The position numbers were made by a program, and so were the translations under genes. From Lama glama (taxonomy: Eukaryota): 64,000 bases of DNA. The number at the start of each line of letters is the position of its first letter. Position 1 is the first letter of the stretch. The stretch covers positions 57,042,001 through 57,106,000 of the forward strand of contig CM052816.1 of assembly GCA_028534125.1 (NCBI GenBank), in the 5' to 3' direction. The notes under the pieces are model-generated. The model was not told the origin of the DNA, searched no databases, and worked only from the letters and a program-made list of their open reading frames with translations. Below are positions 62,038 through 64,000 of the stretch, one piece after another.

Positions 62038-64000
62038 AATTAAATTCCACCTTGCAAAGGTAGTGGAAAGTCCAAGCACGGCAAGTTGCTAGGAGACAGG
62101 AGGCACTTTATTGGATGAGCTGTTTGGAGCCTACATGACTGAATTTCTCTCGCCTGATGACAGACACGCCTGACACCTGTTTAATTTCCACAGTTGTGTG
62201 GCGTGGGCAGAGTTTCAGTTACAAGCAGAGGGAGACCCCATCCCCAGGTCACGGCAGGTTCTGCAGGAAGAGCTGCTGCCTGTTCTCTGAGGTAAAAGGA
62301 GAGAGAAAAAGTCTCTCCACGTTTCTTCGTGAAGCCGTACGCCTGCTAAAGCAGTTGCATTTTTCTCCAAGAAACCTCTGCCCTCACCCTGTCGTGGCTT
62401 TCTCCCCAGGGTGCTGGTCTTGAAACAGTGAGCTGCTAGGAGAAGCTCTGGGAACTAGAAAGGCTCTGGGAGCTGCCGCCTGTGACATCTGAGGCCATCT
62501 GTAGAGGCCAGGAGTGATCCGCTTTTCCTCCAAGGCCCCGCCATTTCTCTGCCCCGTCTCCCTGGCCCCTACACTGCTAAAATAATATCTTTGTTCGCTA
62601 GGCTGAGCACATGCCAGATGCAGTTCATCTAAATGAGCAAGTGCTTTCTGGGACTAGGCCTGATGAAAGAAAAGCTGTGCAGAGCTCGGTCAGCGTGCCA
62701 AACCCTGGCCGACGCTGAAAGGCAAACCGTATTATTCTAAGAGGACTGCGTGTGCCAACCCACGGCAGACCCCAGGAAGAGGAGGCAGAGTCACTTAGCA
62801 GATCTTCATTCTTGCCCAGCACCGTCCAAAAGAAGATGAGAGATGGCTCTGGGGAATTTCCATCCTGTAATCCATTTAGGCAGGATAAACAGAGCCCCTG
62901 CTCTGGAAGATTCAGCCCTGAGCAAAAGGCACTTGGAATCCACATGCGGGAACTTGGATGTCCCATTCAAAACACAGAAGAAAAGCAGGGAAAAAAAAAA
63001 AGAAAAGAAAAGCAGGAGTCGGGTGACATGAGATGCAGCCAGCTCTGACATCAAAAGGCCACGGGGACCTGAGTACGTGACTTCACGCTGTCATCCTGGT
63101 GTCTCATCTGTGAAGTGACTCGTGCTTTATAGAGCCTTGAGGACTGCAAAGGTTCTTAGGATTTCCACTGACATTTGATTTAAATTGCATTAAAATTTTT
63201 CCAACTTATATAAAAAAGAGACAATCAAATATGACACGTTCCAATTTTTGACCTGAGACTGCCAAAATGTTCATTATAATGCCATCTAAACACCACTTTG
63301 TGGGTAAACCTTGGGATAAAGCTGTTCTGCCATCTGTCTAATTGAAGAGTATCTCGAGGTTGCAAGGAAAGTTATCTTTAAGAAAAACAACTGTTACCAT
63401 GTGCAACTACTTATCTGAATGGGGATATTTTCCCCCTCTATATTGTACAACTAATCCAGAAATAAACTGGATGCAGAAGCCGACCCGACTGCTCTTATCC
63501 ATCTAACTTCAGTTTGGGGGGTCAAAATAGCCTTATTATACTCGTTGCTTAACCTACAATTTAACTTCATTTTAACTTCAAAATGCATTCATACTAATAA
63601 AATACTGCCCTGTCTCATTTTCTGTGTAGGTGTTCTAATCTGGTTACTTTACTAAACGGTTTGAAAGTCACGAGAGCAGAGACTTCTCAGGGGCCTCTGC
63701 TCTCACCTAAGTTTTGGTGCCTGAGTGCCCTGCCATGGGTCAGGCAATCAGCAGGCCATGGTTCCACAGTAGGCAGAAGAGGTTTGGGAGGGGAGCAGGA
63801 TGGTTAATGAAACCTTGCAAATATCACGATCAAGTGCTCAATAAATATCTGTTTGCTGGTAGAGCCAAGCCTTGGAATAGGGTGTGGTCAGCTCTCCATG
63901 GCTGGAGAGTCGCGAACCCACAAATGGGCAAAGGCAGAGAATGAGAACATGGCTTGGCCAGACAATGAGCACATCAGGCTCAGAGTAGTTACGGAGCAAG

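Overview
This window is non-coding mammalian genomic DNA, almost certainly camelid (camel/alpaca/llama), because it carries tRNA-Ala-derived Vic-1-type SINEs and cetartiodactyl-type L1 3' ends. I find no intact protein-coding gene, rRNA, true tRNA or CRISPR array. The ORF track is explained by L1/L2 remnants, GC-rich CpG-island sequence and two 500-N assembly gaps. Much of the window is interspersed repeat: MIR, L2, MER5, MER91, MARNA, MaLR LTRs and L1. One near-full-length but internally deleted minus-strand L1 (20510-27193) holds two nested younger insertions and has a tandemly repeated 5'UTR. Two repeat-free CpG-rich domains (1-1560 and ~39700-44350, plus a small island at ~38760-39330) alternate with AT-rich, homeodomain-motif-rich blocks, which is typical of the regulatory landscape beside a developmental transcription-factor gene. 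The PAX6-RCN1 interval is one unverified candidate. The most unusual signals are a repeat-free block at ~16510-18070 that looks like decayed exons of an unrecognised gene, a single-insertion dimeric Vic-1 SINE with complementary deletions, three L1 fragments truncated at almost the same nucleotide, and a tail-to-tail L2 hairpin. Repeat names come from remembered consensus sequences, not a database search, and boundaries without a target-site duplication (TSD) are approximate.
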